Below, piece after piece: positions 23,493-36,229 of a DNA stretch of 64,000 bases. How positions within the stretch are numbered: the first letter of the stretch is position 1; the number at the start of each line of letters is the position of its first letter. The stretch is taken from assembly GCA_028534125.1 (NCBI GenBank), contig CM052818.1, positions 33,668,001-33,732,000 of the forward strand. The letters are read 5' to 3'. The translations under genes and the position numbers were made by a program. This DNA is from Lama glama (taxonomy: Eukaryota). Below the pieces are notes generated by a model. It saw only the letters and a program-made list of their open reading frames with translations. It was not told the origin of the DNA and did no database searches.

Positions 23493-24145
23493 CTATATGC
23501 ATAGAGAAAAATGTCATCATGTTAAAAAAGGAGGCCCAAGGTAGATGCTAAACTTCTAACTGGAGATGATAAATTATACACATACTAGAGGCTACTTAAA
23601 CATTGTGGCAGATAAGGGATGGCTGATATGGGGACAGAAACACTGAGCAGTGTGGGCGCAGACAGCAAAAGTTCACTCGGGAGAGCTCTGCAGATGGCAT
23701 TAGAGGGCCAGAAATTAGACACAAGAACAACAAAAGAACCCTCAAGTAGACATAGCAGGAAGGCTCAGTGATAAGGGGCCCAATGTAGCCAAAGGGGGCA
23801 GGACACCTGATCATCTGGGATAGGAGTTGTGAACTGCCTCTCTATTCTTTAACAAAACTCTACGACTAGCCTTTTATGGACTTCGGAGTAGGGGTGAAGG
23901 CGTGGCACAAGAAGGACTCAATATATGTAGCAGGAAAAATCTGATTTTTATTTCTTCAAATATAGAGAAGAAAACTAAGGGGACTTTCTTCATCCAAATA
24001 GCATACATACATATGTACAGATTTAAATTAACAAGTACCTAAAAGATACAGTGAGAGCCAAAAGCACTGATGGCAAAAGTATTAGTATATAGTTTGAGGT
24101 TGTTTTTTTAGTGGCCCTAAAATATACAAACAGCTCCTCTCTTAC

Positions 24146-24185
24146 CAGTGATTTCTTCAGACGTTCATATTCAGGACGATACTCT
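24146..24185 (-). CDS. GPN1: GPN1 exon 11
   Basis: EYRPEYERLKKSL; cag| ... |gtaag. Confidence 0.92.
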
Positions 24186-25002
24186 CTGGAAAGAGAAACA
24201 ATTTCTAAATCTTTGATTAATAATCTATCCTGCACCCTCCCGGGTACTTTGATAATAGCAAATGATCTTATGTCACCAAACATCAGATGTAACAAATCTT
24301 AGTCACTGAGATTCTGTCCCTAAGGAATTAAAAGCCAAGGTGCCTGCCCACTACCCTGAAACCAGCAAAGAGACAAAAGACTGACTGCTGAGCTGGAAAG
24401 ATCAACTCTGGAGAGACCATGACTGATGAATTCATCATTCATTTGGATAAACATGAGTAAAAGACGTTTCAATGATGAGTAAAAGAAGCTAGGCCTGTTG
24501 GGCTCAGGAAGCCCAATATAGAATTATGTCCTTTATCTGGGCAATAATGAAAGGATACAAAATAGTCTATCCTGAGGCTTTGATAACACACATTAAAAAA
24601 CAAAACAAAACAACAAAAAAAAACCTCATCTGATGAATAAAATCAAAATGTGTCTGAAATGCACAATGGGCTATTTAGGATCTTGCTAGAAAGCAGCTAA
24701 TTGTCAGGCTTCATATAGTGTAGAGGTGCTCTGACCCCAACTTCCTTTAATAAATGGAATGCCAGTATTAACCATGACAATAATTATAACTACCATTTAT
24801 TAAGAAAAATGCTTACTCTGTGTCAGCAACTGTGCTAGGTGCTTTTTTTTTTCCTCAAATAATCCTCACATTGACCTTAGCAATAAGTGCTATTATCCCT
24901 CATTTACAAATGATGAAAACCTGCTAAGGTTACTCATTTATTAAGTGGAAGAAAAAGAAATCTAACCCACGTCTATCTGATTCCAAAGTCTATATTCTTT
25001 AT

Positions 25003-25230
25003 CAGGGCATCAACCAATGAAGCAAAGGGGCCAAATGCAGTCCACAGCCTATTTTTATAAATAAAGTTTTATTGGACCACAGCATGCCCATTTGATTAGG
25101 AACTGCCTATAGCTGCTACTGCACAACCATGACACAGTTGAGTAGTTGTGACAGATAGTATGGCCCACAAAGCCTAAAATATTTACTATCTGGTGGGTTT
25201 TTAACAAAAAATGTCTGATGACTCCTGCTT
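25003..25230. mobile_element. MER58A-like hAT MITE
   Basis: AAATAAAGTTTTATTGGA...TATGGCCCACAAAGCCTAAAATATTTACTATCTGG. Confidence 0.75.
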
Positions 25231-25417
25231 TTAGTCATTTAATACAGTGAAGGTTTTATACTCCAGTTCTTTTTAAAAAGTTAACAGGGACTTGTTAACT
25301 GTAAGTGTGGTCAGATTCAGTACATCGCATAAAAAATGTTTTGCTAGCAAAACTGCTATCATACCAGAATTGTGGGTAACTAAGAATGTCATCAATAGAA
25401 TGTTCCTTTATCCTCAC

Positions 25418-25500
25418 CTTTCATATTCTTCTGCAGCACTGGCAACTTGCACAAAGAGTTCATCTAAGCCTGTACCCAGAACAGCAGACACACCCACCAC
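25418..25500 (-). CDS. GPN1: GPN1 exon 10
   Basis: [27 protein letters not shown] (G5 motif); cag| ... |gtgag. Confidence 0.94.
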
Positions 25501-26229
25501 CTGCCAAAAGCATCATTAATGCCACTAAGGAAACAACAATATATTTTTAAATGATTTACATTATTTGGCTCAAATTTAATAAAATCTTCATAAAAGAGGT
25601 TTAGATACTTTAAGAAGTCTCTGGCAAAGAATGAAGCTAAAGCAAGACATGCTATGGAAGTCTATGGAAAGACAAGACAAGTCTATGGAAAATAGAGAAC
25701 TGAAAAAGATAATTAGGACCAAACAAGTATCAGTTCTTTTCATCTATTCCCTGTCAAATCAAACCACAGTCTCTTCTCTATAAAAATTAGTACCTCAATG
25801 TCTTTGCTTGGGCAATTAACATACTCCCTGCCATGCACAGCCACTTTTGCTTACACAAATCTTACCCTTCCTTCAAAGCATACCTCTAAATGCTACATCC
25901 TCCACAATTCTCATTTCAAAAATGATCTACCTCCTCAGTACCATCAGGTCCAACTTCCAATCTTTCTTAAGATACCACAATATAAGTTACCACAATATAT
26001 CATGTTTCAACTCTGTGTTAGCCTTCTCTCCTAATTAGACCATAAACTCTCTGAGGCAGGATCCCTATCTTACTTATTTTTTAAACCTCCAGTTTTTAAT
26101 AAGCAATGCCTTAAAAAATTACTTCCCAGAAGGTAATGGACTTCCTTACTAAAATGTGTTCAAAGTCAGCCCTGTGGATTAAGAGTTTATCTGGGTAGAC
26201 CATCAGCATGGGCAGGGGAGAAAGTTTAC

Positions 26230-26376
26230 CCTGAGTGAGCTGTAAAACTCATCTAACACCAGGCTCATCGAGCGAGTCAGGTTACTGACATATGTAGTTT
26301 CTTGATTCAAGGCATCTTGGAAAGCCTCAAAATCCTGCATCCATTCCACTGCAAAGCTGTGATCAATGATGTCAGT
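26230..26376 (-). CDS. GPN1: GPN1 exon 9
   Basis: [26 protein letters not shown]...FYSSLR; cag| ... |gtaaa. Confidence 0.95.
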
Positions 26377-27045
26377 CTGTACCAGAAAGAAGTCAACTAT
26401 TAGCAATCAGAGATTAGGTCAGACATCAACCAATAGCAAAAAAAAATTTTTTTAATTAAGTGGTGACAGCAAAAAGCAATCATTCATATGTTTTCTTTCT
26501 CTGCTTCCCCCATTTCTTCCTCCACTGCAACAAGCCACAAAGAGCCAAGACTGCTGTGCGGTATAAATAATTAAATGAAGATATGTATATTCCAGGTTAA
26601 AATAGACCCTTCGTTATCCACTGCCAAGTGACTATGGCACCGTGGAGGCCAGCACATTCCAGGCTCTAAAGTCAAGTACATAGTCTCTTGCATCCCAGCC
26701 GACAACCAACAACAGAGTTTTGTTTTTGTTTGTTTTAATTGCCACTTCCAATAGACTAGCAGTCTCTCCCCCATTTACACAGTTCCGATTCTGAGGGATA
26801 ACTCACACACTGTGATGGAGGGGCTACTCTATCTAGCCTAAAATAACTTTGGAAAAGAATCAGTGAAAAATATTCATTCAATCTGATTGAATCCATTTCC
26901 CAGAAGTGCTCATGACTTTGCTTCAGGCTAGTTTGAATCTGCTCTCCAGCATCTGAAATAATCCTTCTCACTTACCCAAATTTCTGATAATACAAGGTTC
27001 TGATGAAAAAGAAATATTCACTCACAACAAGAAGAATCCACTTAC

Positions 27046-27091
27046 TTTATTCATGACCACAATAAAAGGCAGCTTGGTTTTGTACAAGATG
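27046..27091 (-). CDS. GPN1: GPN1 exon 8
   Basis: ILYKTKLPFIVVMNK (G4 NKxD across the junction); cag| ... |gtaag. Confidence 0.93.
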
Positions 27092-28055
27092 CTGAAAATC
27101 AAACATCAAGGCATTATTAGTAGAAGCACTTAAACTCTTGCTTGACTGTTATCAGTCTGATGGATCTGAGTAATAAAAGGGGGGATGAGTTCAGACTCTA
27201 AATACAAGTATACGTTCTTACACAGCACTCACACATTCTTCCCTCCCAAGCAGGAAACCATCACCACCATCCAGCAAGCAATATACATAGACTCCCTCTC
27301 TCTTTCTTGGAGTAGTAATGCTTTGGTATTGATCCTGGTTTTGTGTGTGTGGGCTTGTTTTTACCAAATAATTGTCTTTCAAACAATTAACATGACAATA
27401 AAATTATGCTAGCAAACATCAGATTTCTATTTGGACTAGGACTTCTTGTATCTAACAGGAAGGGACATCCCTAGTCATATTAGAAGAGACAAATTGGAGT
27501 GATTGCTTTTGCATACCCCCAAAATAACATTCAGCGTTAGTAATGGTCTGCCCTGCTCCTAGGTCTAATGCACTCACATAGCCTAGTCACGCAGGTCCTT
27601 CCTCTCCTAACGGCACCACACTTGGGGAAACATGTGCATTTAGGATTACAGACAAGTCTTTTTATTCCAGTCTCTCCTCATGTTATAATTTCACTCTGCC
27701 TATCACAACACAGGGGAAAAAAGCATTTAGACCAGGAGGCTCTATTCTATTTAGAACTGGATTTCATTCAACTGGGGGCAACTACCAGAAGGTTCATATT
27801 CATTTATCACCTGTTCTGTAACAGCAAGGAAGGAAGAGGAGAAGGCGCTGTTAGAGAATGCCAACGGCATCTGTGCTTCTTTTCCCTTCTCAACCCAGAG
27901 TCCCTCCCCCGACCGGAGCTGTAAAGTGAGTGGCAAATGTGAATGAGCACAAATCTAGGCATAAGCACTCAGGACTCAAAAATGAAGGAAAAGAAGAAGT
28001 GAAGACTGAAGCATGATACTTTGATGTAATACTATGTTCAACAATAATGAATTAC

Positions 28056-28150
28056 CTGCAGGCATAGAGCATATTGGACATGAAGGTCACTGGGTTGGTA
28101 CTTCGAGATGTGTCCATTACATAAATGACAATCGTTGGGAATGAGGATGC
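28056..28150 (-). CDS. GPN1: GPN1 exon 7
   Basis: [31 protein letters not shown]; tag| ... |gtaat. Confidence 0.94.
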
Positions 28151-28356
28151 CTAAAGCCACAAAATAATCAAAGCGTTAGTCAGAGAGTCCTTGACCTGTC
28201 CACAAACTCTTTTCCACCTCCATCGCAAGGACAGTGTACCACTTTAGGCAGGTGTACAGAGCTCTGTGACTCTAGCCCACTTAAGACCCCAGGCCATAAG
28301 ACGCTTTTACTGTCTGGCTCTCTACTTACCCTCAGTAACAAGTCTAGAATACTCAC

Positions 28357-28435
28357 CAGGGCCTCGGTGATGATTGTCCCAGAAGCTGACCAAGTAAATA
28401 CTTCAATCTGTCCAGGTGTGTCAATCAAGACATAC
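28357..28435 (-). CDS. GPN1: GPN1 exon 6
   Basis: [26 protein letters not shown] (G3 DTPG); tag| ... |gtgag. Confidence 0.95.
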
Positions 28436-28829
28436 CTATGTCAAAAAGGACAATCCATTAAAGAAGTTTTTACTTATGCATTCTGAAAGACATTTCATCC
28501 CACAAAACATTAACATCCGGTTATTCAAGAATGAAATAAACTCTTCACAATGCCAAGTCCCACTGCTTCCCATTGTCCTTAAAGTCCCTACCACATTCCC
28601 CAGGCTCTGTTCAATGTCCAATATTCAGGCTAACTGGTAGGAGCAGCAATATATCACTGCTGCAAATGATCACAAGGGAAACTGATAGTTTTAGAAACAT
28701 ACTGCATTAAAAATGAGATATAAGCAAAAACAGACTGCAAATCTCTTGGGAAATCATCCGGTACTTAGGTGTGGGGGTGGAAGAAAATGGAGGGGAGAGA
28801 GGACAAGAAGAATAGGGAAGTGACAACTA

Positions 28830-30700
28830 AAGAAGGGGGATGAAATGTTCTAAAATTGATTGTGGTGATGGTTGCACAATTCTGTAATTAAACTAAAAGA
28901 TACAGAATTGTACAACTTACATGGGTAAATTGTATGGTATATGAACTATATCTCAATAAAGCTGTTTTTAAAAAGAGCAAAGATCTACACATATATGGAC
29001 AATAAATTGACAACAAAGGAGCCAAGAACATACAATGGAGAAAGGAAAGTCTCTTTAAGAAATGGTATAGGGAAAAATACACAGCCACACGCAAGAGAAT
29101 GAAACTAAATCACTATCTTACTCCATACACAAAAATGAACTCAAAATGGACGAAAGACTTGAATGTAACACCTAAAAACATTAAATTACTCAAAGAGAAC
29201 TTAGGTGGTAACCTCACTGACATCTGTTTTAGTGTTTCTGTGGATCTGACTCCAAAGGCAAGGAAATCAAAAGCAAAAATAAACAAATGGGACTACATCA
29301 AATGAGAGGGCTCCTGCACAGCAAAGGAAACCATCATCAAAACTAAAATGCAGCCTACTGAACAGCAGAAAATATTTGCACATAACATCTCCAGTTAGGG
29401 ATTAGTATCCAAAATACATAAAGAACACATATAACACACTAACAAACAACCTGATTCAAGAATGAGCAGAGGATCTGAATACATAGACATTTCTCCACAG
29501 AAGACATACAGATGGCCAATAGGCACATGAAAAGATGTTCAACATCACTAATTATTAGGGAAATGCAAATCAAAACCACAATGGAATATCACCTCACATC
29601 TGTTAGAATGGCTCTTATGAAATAGATAACAAATAACAAGTGCTCGAGAGGATGTAGAGAAAAGGGAACTCTCATATACTGTTGGAATAAAAACTGGTGC
29701 GATAACTATGAAAAACAGAAGGGAGATTCCTCAAAAAATGAAGAGAGTTTCCACACAATCCAGTGATTCCACTTCTGGGTGTTTAACCAAAGAATATAAA
29801 AATACTAAGTAGAAAAAATATATGCACCCCTATGTTCACTGCAGCATTATGTACAATTGCCAAGATAAGGAAGCAATCTAAATGTCCACCAATGGATGAA
29901 TGAATTAAGAAGATGTGTGTGTATGTGTGTGTGTATACATATATATAATGAAATACTACTCAGCCACAAAAAAGAATGAAATCTTGCCAACTGTGACAGC
30001 ATGGATGAACCATGAGGCTTTTATACTAAGTGAAATAAGTCAGAAGGAAAAAGACAACTATCATATGATTTCACTCATATGTAGAATAATCTGGGGAAAA
30101 AAAAAAAACCCAAGCCCACAGATACAGAGAACAAATTGATGTTACCAGAGGAAAAAGGGGTTGGGGGCAGGCAAAATGGGTGAAGGGGGTCAACTGTATG
30201 GTGACAGATGGTAATCGGACTTCTGGGGGTGATCGCTTTGCAGTGTACACAGATGCCAAATTATAATGTTCTATACCTGAAACTTTTTTTAAAAAGTTAA
30301 AAATCTGAATGGACATTTCTCCAAATATATACCAGTTGCCAAAAAGTACACTAAAAGATGTTCAACATCATTAATTGTTTTGGAAATATATATCAAAATC
30401 ATAATGCATTACCACTTCATACCCACTAAAATGGCTATAGTCAAACACAAAAAAACAATAACAAGTACTGACAAGGGTGTTCAGAAATTGGAATCCTCAA
30501 TATATTGCTGTGGGAATGTAAAATGAAGCATGCAGCCACCAGGAGCCTGGAGAAAGGGTAAATAGAGCAACTGCTAAAGAGTATGGGGTTTCTTTTGGAG
30601 ACGATCACTGCACAACTTTGTGAATACACTAAATTGCATACTTTAAAAGAATGCACTTTATTCTGTGAATTCATACTGCAATAAAGCTATTATTTTTAAA
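28830..30700 (+). mobile_element. L1 cluster: younger L1 ORF2 end and 3'UTR (~28985-30295) among older L1 fragments
   Basis: MKLNHYLTPYTKMNSKWTKDLNV...KINKWDYIK (L1 ORF2 C-terminal region); typical 3'UTR. Confidence 0.88.
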
Positions 30701-31400
30701 AACTACTCCAGTATGATCCTATTTTTGTAGAAGCACCTTATTCATCCATTCTTCTATTTATGTACATAAGAATAGAAACAAGTGGAACGATAGTCACTGG
30801 GAGTAATAATGATAATGATAATTATTTCTAGTGACAAGGGTGATAGTTTCACCTTTTAAATACTATATATGAATTATTTATAGTAATAAGCCTATATCCT
30901 TTTTACAAAGATAATAAATTATCTTCCTGTCTTTTAAAAAAGCAAACTTATTAAAAATTTAAAAACAGTTAATTGTGGTTAATGATAATAAGGATTAATG
31001 TTATTTTATATTTTGATACTTCCTAAATTAAAAAATATTCTCTTTGGATCATGTAAATTATAGTTATTTAAACAAGGATTAAAAAGGGATTTCAGAGACT
31101 TAAATGCCAACCAGCAAGAGAAGACAGGTGGGCAAATGAATGTGGACTCAAAATTCTCAAAATACCTCCAAAGAAGCCAGAGGCATGTATGAAATTGATT
31201 GGGGGTGGGATACTATTAAATTGAGCTCTACACTGTAAAACATCTTAATGATTGTTTTCTTGCCCACAATTTTTCATTTATTATGGATTCATCTCAAACT
31301 ACACCTTTTCAGAACTTGACAATATCCCCAAATCCTTCAAAAAGCCTAGAAATGTGTTAACTACAGAGTAATAAATAGGTATTAGACTGAAATCACTTAC

Positions 31401-31438
31401 TTAGACATGTTCTGGGCCTTCTCAATAAATTTCATTAC
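31401..31438 (-). CDS. GPN1: GPN1 exon 5
   Basis: VMKFIEKAQNMS; tag| ... |gtaag. Confidence 0.92.
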
Positions 31439-32146
31439 CTAAAAGAAAAAGATGCTAATTACAACAGGATTCAAATTCAACACAAAAATCTCAGGACCCT
31501 CTCCAAAGTGGCTCACCTCACAGGAACCATCAACAATTGAGTCTCCATGTTCTCATCTGAGGACCCCAGCTAATATGCTCAGAAAACCAAAGAAACACGG
31601 CCACACCACATCACACCCCGGAGCACAGGGCAAGTACCAGAGCAACTGATGACTTGATTTGCTACTGTCAAGTCATATCTCTTAGGGCAACAGCCTGTTT
31701 CATTGAGTGAAATCAGGGTAAAAAAATTACTGACTACAAATTACTCTATAGGAAGTAGAATGTGACAAAGGAAACCTAACAAATGACAGCTGTTTGTCAC
31801 AAGTAAAAAGCCCCATAATCGTTCCATTCCATGCCTAATAGCCCATCCCACTCCCCATCCCTCCACTCCATCCTCAGGGTAACACTGCAAGCCTATAACG
31901 AATCAAGAAGAGAACCCAGGTCTCTTGGGTGTTTGTTTTATTGGCTGCCACAAACATTCAGTGTGAAGCATCTCACCATGTTGATCATTCTCTCATAGCC
32001 TACTTCTCTGTCTACCAAAGTGCCTCCTTATGTTCTACATTTACATCCAGGTTGACTGCCCTTCTTTCCCAATGTGATCAAGCTAAGGCATTTAAGAGTC
32101 ACAAGTTTTGACACAGCCAATTATATGAAAGTAAAGACAGACATAC

Positions 32147-32213
32147 CTGATCAAATCTGGTAGCAAAGAGATTGAGTGAGGTTACTATGCCACCATTGGG
32201 CCCAAGTCCATAC
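32147..32213 (-). CDS. GPN1: GPN1 exon 4 (GPN loop)
   Basis: [22 protein letters not shown], signature GPN motif; tag| ... |gtatg. Confidence 0.95.
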
Positions 32214-32965
32214 CTAGACACTAAGTTAAGGATTTGAACTGCTTTTAGATCAAGTTAGATGATAAAGTTTATACCTAGACAATCCCTCACAAAAACAGCA
32301 TGATAACATTAGTGTTCCATTGACTAGTATGTACCACACAATCTTAACCTGAGGGAAACATTCATTATTGATGTCTTCCTCACTTATTTATCAGTTTAGA
32401 GATGGCCAAGCAAAATGGGACCAAAATGGAATGAACAGATGTATCAGGCAGTGACAGCCTGATGACACTACCATGAAGATCATCTATATATCACTCCTTG
32501 CTCTGATCCTCATTCATCAAGTCACCTGCAGAATTAGTCTTCCCACCTAGACTTACCTACATGGAAAGTACACATTTCACACAGCAATATACTAAGACTT
32601 GTTTCTACTAGTTTCTGAGTTTTCCAGTCTAAAGAGATGGTAACCAATAGATATATCAACCAACGTAATACTACCACGGGGGACGGAGGGACATCAACAG
32701 TTAGCCTCTCATTCTCTGTGCTACTTACCACAGCCCGCCATGTGGGATGATGGCACAAAACAGAACAAAGCTGAAACAGGATTTCTAATCACCCACAATT
32801 CCTCTCCCCACATTCATCTTCCCTGCCGTTTATAAAATTACTTGAAAGCAATCAGATACTTTTGCTAGTATATTTCCCAAGGAAATACGATTTCAAAGCC
32901 ACATAACATACAGCAATAACCACACAGGGAAGAGCAAACAACAAAGTAGATGTGGAAAAGGATAC
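32214..32965 (-). other. GPN1: U12-type (minor spliceosome) GT-AG intron, GPN1 intron 3
   Basis: 5' site |GTATCCTTT and branch point TCCTTAAC (plus-strand 32225-32232) ending about 10 nt before the AG; no polypyrimidine tract. Confidence 0.9.
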
Positions 32966-33005
32966 TGTTTCATGACTTCTTTATACTTCACAGTGTCACG
33001 AATAT
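32966..33005 (-). CDS. GPN1: GPN1 exon 3
   Basis: (D)IRDTVKYKEVMK(Q); cag| ... |gtatcc. Confidence 0.93.
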
Positions 33006-34197
33006 CTGGGGAGAAAAAGGAATGAACTGGAATTTAACACATAAGAAACAATATAGTTTGAGATTCTCCACCTATAATATCTAAGCAAAGAGGCCTCTCA
33101 AGTCATCTCTGCTTCTTCTGAGGAAGCATATCAGTTCCTCTCAGCATCTCAGTTACTTTTCAAATCTGTTTTCTAAGTTTTCAAGCTAACATCATTGAAT
33201 TGTGACAGCAAAAGAAGTAAGATCAGAAGACTAGGAGTACAAAAGGTGCCCTCTAAGTACCTTCCCTTACAACAAGAAACTGAAACTAGCTTCTGAGGCT
33301 TCTTTCGTCGTCATTCTCTTCTAGTAATTTCTCCAGCTTCACACTGGTTTTCTTCCTTATGGTCAAGGATAACTGCCAGGTAACTCAAGAAGAATGTTAG
33401 GCTAGGGGCTAACAAGCTACAGAAAGGATGGTCTGAGACAAGGAGAAAAGTTTTAAACAATTGAAATACCTTCTCAGTGACCATATGCATAGAAAAAGAG
33501 AGTTAAATCAAGGAAAAAGTTCTATTTCTTACTCCGTGCTTACTGGTAACAAAGGTAATGCAGACAAGATTTTTACAAACGCATTAGTTTGTGGGGGTAG
33601 ATGGGGGAAGAGAAGTAGATACTAGAAATTAAGAGGTACAAATTTTCAGTTACAAAATAAATGGGTCATAGGGATGAAATGTACAGGGATGATAACTGGG
33701 AGGGAACCACTCACCACAAGAATGCACACAGGCAAAGACACAAATTTTCCCAAGTAACTTTGCAAAATTCCTACAGATCAGTAAGCAAACTACTGCACAA
33801 GACCCTAATGCTCTAAACTTGAAAAGAAGAAACTACACAAATAAGGATTTTGTATCAGAGCCTGCTGAAGGGTTTATGGCTTAGAAGCCAAAGGACTGAC
33901 TTTCTGTCACTTCATTTTCATAAGTAACTATGTAGCTGACACCCTAGGTCAAAAAGAGGTAGAGAGAAAGGTAAGTGGCAAGGGAAAAGAAAACAAATTT
34001 AGGAAAGGAGAAGAAGTAAACAAAGAGAAAATGGGAATCTGAGAGAAGCCTGTTTCAGGATGCTAGCAAACTCAAGGGAAATGAAATTAGAAAGTTTAGA
34101 AAACATTAAAAATGAAAGCTTTGAAGACTGGTAGAATAGGCTGACAGCTTTCCATTCTCCGAGAAACTTCACGTAAGTTCTGGTACACTTCACTCAC

Positions 34198-34291
34198 CAA
34201 TATTGGCAGGAAAGGGAACTTCATGCACAGCTGGGTCCAGGTTGATCACATATGGTGGAGAGCCTTGACTATGCAGATGTCCCGTGAGCCT
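34198..34291 (-). CDS. GPN1: GPN1 exon 2
   Basis: [31 protein letters not shown]; cag| ... |gtgag. Confidence 0.95.
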
Positions 34292-34981
34292 CTGTGAGGT
34301 ATGGGGAGAGGGATGGACTGAGACCAAGAGGCATGATAGGGAATAAGAGAGAACTTCCACCCCTTTATCCAACTTACCAGAAGAATTTTGCACTTCCATT
34401 TCCCTCTACCTTAAATATTCCCCTCTGATCTCCACCTCCAACATTTACTCAGTTGAAAAGCTACCTTTCTTCACCACAGAGCCAACAATGTCCTCTCCAA
34501 AACCCCTTGACGTGGGAAGTAGGGCCGGGAGATTCCATCTCCCCCACAAAATATCAGCTCTGTTTAAGCGGGAACCTTGTCAACCTCATTTCCGCTGTAT
34601 TGCCCAGTGTCTGAAACATGGTAGGTGCCCCAGAAAGAATTCTTTACGAATCCACACCAAAAGCCTGTGTGCTCGCCCTCTATTAACCGCCAGAATTACT
34701 TCTAAGCCTCTGTCTTTGAGGACTTGGCAATGACAATTTCAATACCAAGTACGGTAGTACCAATAGTCACTGAAGGTGCGCAGAAGAGAGGCTAAATGAA
34801 CTCAGGTTGGGGTCTGAGAGGGCTTCATGGAGAAGAAACCGGAGTTGCTGGCAAATCCGTGAAAGCCAGACGCCGGTACCCTCCAACTTCCCAGAGACCT
34901 CCCTCACATTCTCCCTGGCCTTCCGCCCGCCCACAGACAGCTTCACTCGCGCCTGTGCTACGCCAGCGCCGTGCAGGTCAC

Positions 34982-35092
34982 CTGTACAAAGGTAGTTTTC
35001 CCAGATCCCGCCATTCCCAACACCAACAGACACACTGGGAGCCGGGGACCCCCAGAAGCTTGCGGCTCCATGGCAGCTGCGGGCGCGGCCAT
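34982..35092 (-). CDS. GPN1: GPN1 exon 1 (P-loop)
   Basis: MAAPAAAMEPQASGGPRLPVCLLVLGMAGSGKTTFVQ, Walker A; |gtgac donor. Confidence 0.95.
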
Positions 35093-35272
35093 CTTGCTCC
35101 TGGCTCCGCCCACTCGACCATAGAGACGCTGGAGGCTAGAGAGACTCCCGCGACGTACGCGGCTCTGAACGAGCGTAGAACCCGACTGAACCGAACCAAA
35201 CCGAACCGGACCGAACCCAACACAACGGGCCAGAAAGGGCAGGGCCACGGGGCGAGGCCTGCGCCCTAGCTT
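35093..35272. promoter_or_regulatory. CpG-island bidirectional promoter GPN1/CCDC121
   Basis: Only 180 bp between the divergent ATGs; CpG-rich; YY1-like CAAGATGGCCGC over the GPN1 ATG; GCCTGCGC NRF1-like site at ~35257. Confidence 0.7.
35178..35220. repeat. Degenerate (GAACC)n pentamer array in the GPN1/CCDC121 promoter
   Basis: GAACCCGACTGAACCGAACCAAACCGAACCGGACCGAACCCAA. Confidence 0.8.
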
Positions 35273-35781
35273 ATGTCCGTGACGACCCGGATGGGGGCCC
35301 AATTGGGAACAGCGTCTAGGAAGTGGAGGCACTGGCTGAGTGACTGCAGGGGGCCTCCCAATGAGCCGCTCATCGTTGTCGGTCAGGGCCTGCTGCGAAA
35401 GACTCCGGGCTGGCTGGACGAGAGGGGACCCTGGGGCCCCCAGAGTACAAACGGGAAGAGAGTGCGTTTTCCTGTCTGCCTCCAGGGAGCGGGAAACAGA
35501 GTAGCCGGAGAACCGACCCCTAGGGCTCGGCCAGCAGCCAAGGATGTTAAGCAGCTCACGGCAGGACGGCCCTCGACCTGGGCGGGGTACAACCCCTGGA
35601 GTCGCTGGGCCGCGCGGAGGCCTGTGGAGCTCAGCCGGGAGAAACTGGGAAAACGCGTCACATGGGGAAGCTATTTCTGCTTCTCGCCAGCCTTCGGCTC
35701 TAGGGCTTGCTCCCGGGCGGTCTCCCCAAAGCCATCGTACCGTGATTTGTGGGAGGAACGTTTGGCTGCCGAGCTTATCAA
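35273..35781 (+). CDS. CCDC121: CCDC121 exon 1 (N-terminal extension of the long isoform)
   Basis: 170-codon ORF ends at an AA|gtaggt donor; joins tttcag|G at 36230 in frame with the coiled-coil ORF. Confidence 0.65.
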
Positions 35782-36229
35782 GTAGGTACTGAAGGGGCGC
35801 TTCCCTCCACCCAAGCGCCCTCGGCACCCAGAAAGGTGATGAAAGAGTCCAGCCATGTACTGCAACCGCCCAGGCGGCTCCAGTGGCCCTTTGGAGCGGC
35901 TGTAGTATTAGTAAGCTGTGAGATCTGGGTTTCACACCCCGGCTCTGCCACTCGCTAGCTGTGTATGTCGTGTCCAAGTCACTTCAGTACTCTGAACCTG
36001 TTTTCTCTTCACATTTGAGATACCTCGCAGGGTTGCAGTTGAAGACACATTGTAAGCTACACTCCCTCGCCTTTACCCGTAACTCTATCCTACGTGCCTT
36101 GTGTGAGGAATATCATAGGTGCTCCTAAATATCTTCGTGTATGAATTACAGTTCAAGTGTGCGTTTTAAAAATTTAAAATTTTAAAAATTTTTCGTGAAA
36201 AACTAATGGAATGTCTCTTGTTCTTTCAG

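Noticed and set aside
34796..35269. 157-aa + strand ORF over GPN1 exon 1
   Set aside because: GC-rich antisense shadow with low-complexity R/P/G content, no recognisable domain or splice support
36163..36193. AT-only quasi-palindrome before CCDC121 exon 2
   Set aside because: Low-complexity A/T runs; self-complementarity is expected by chance
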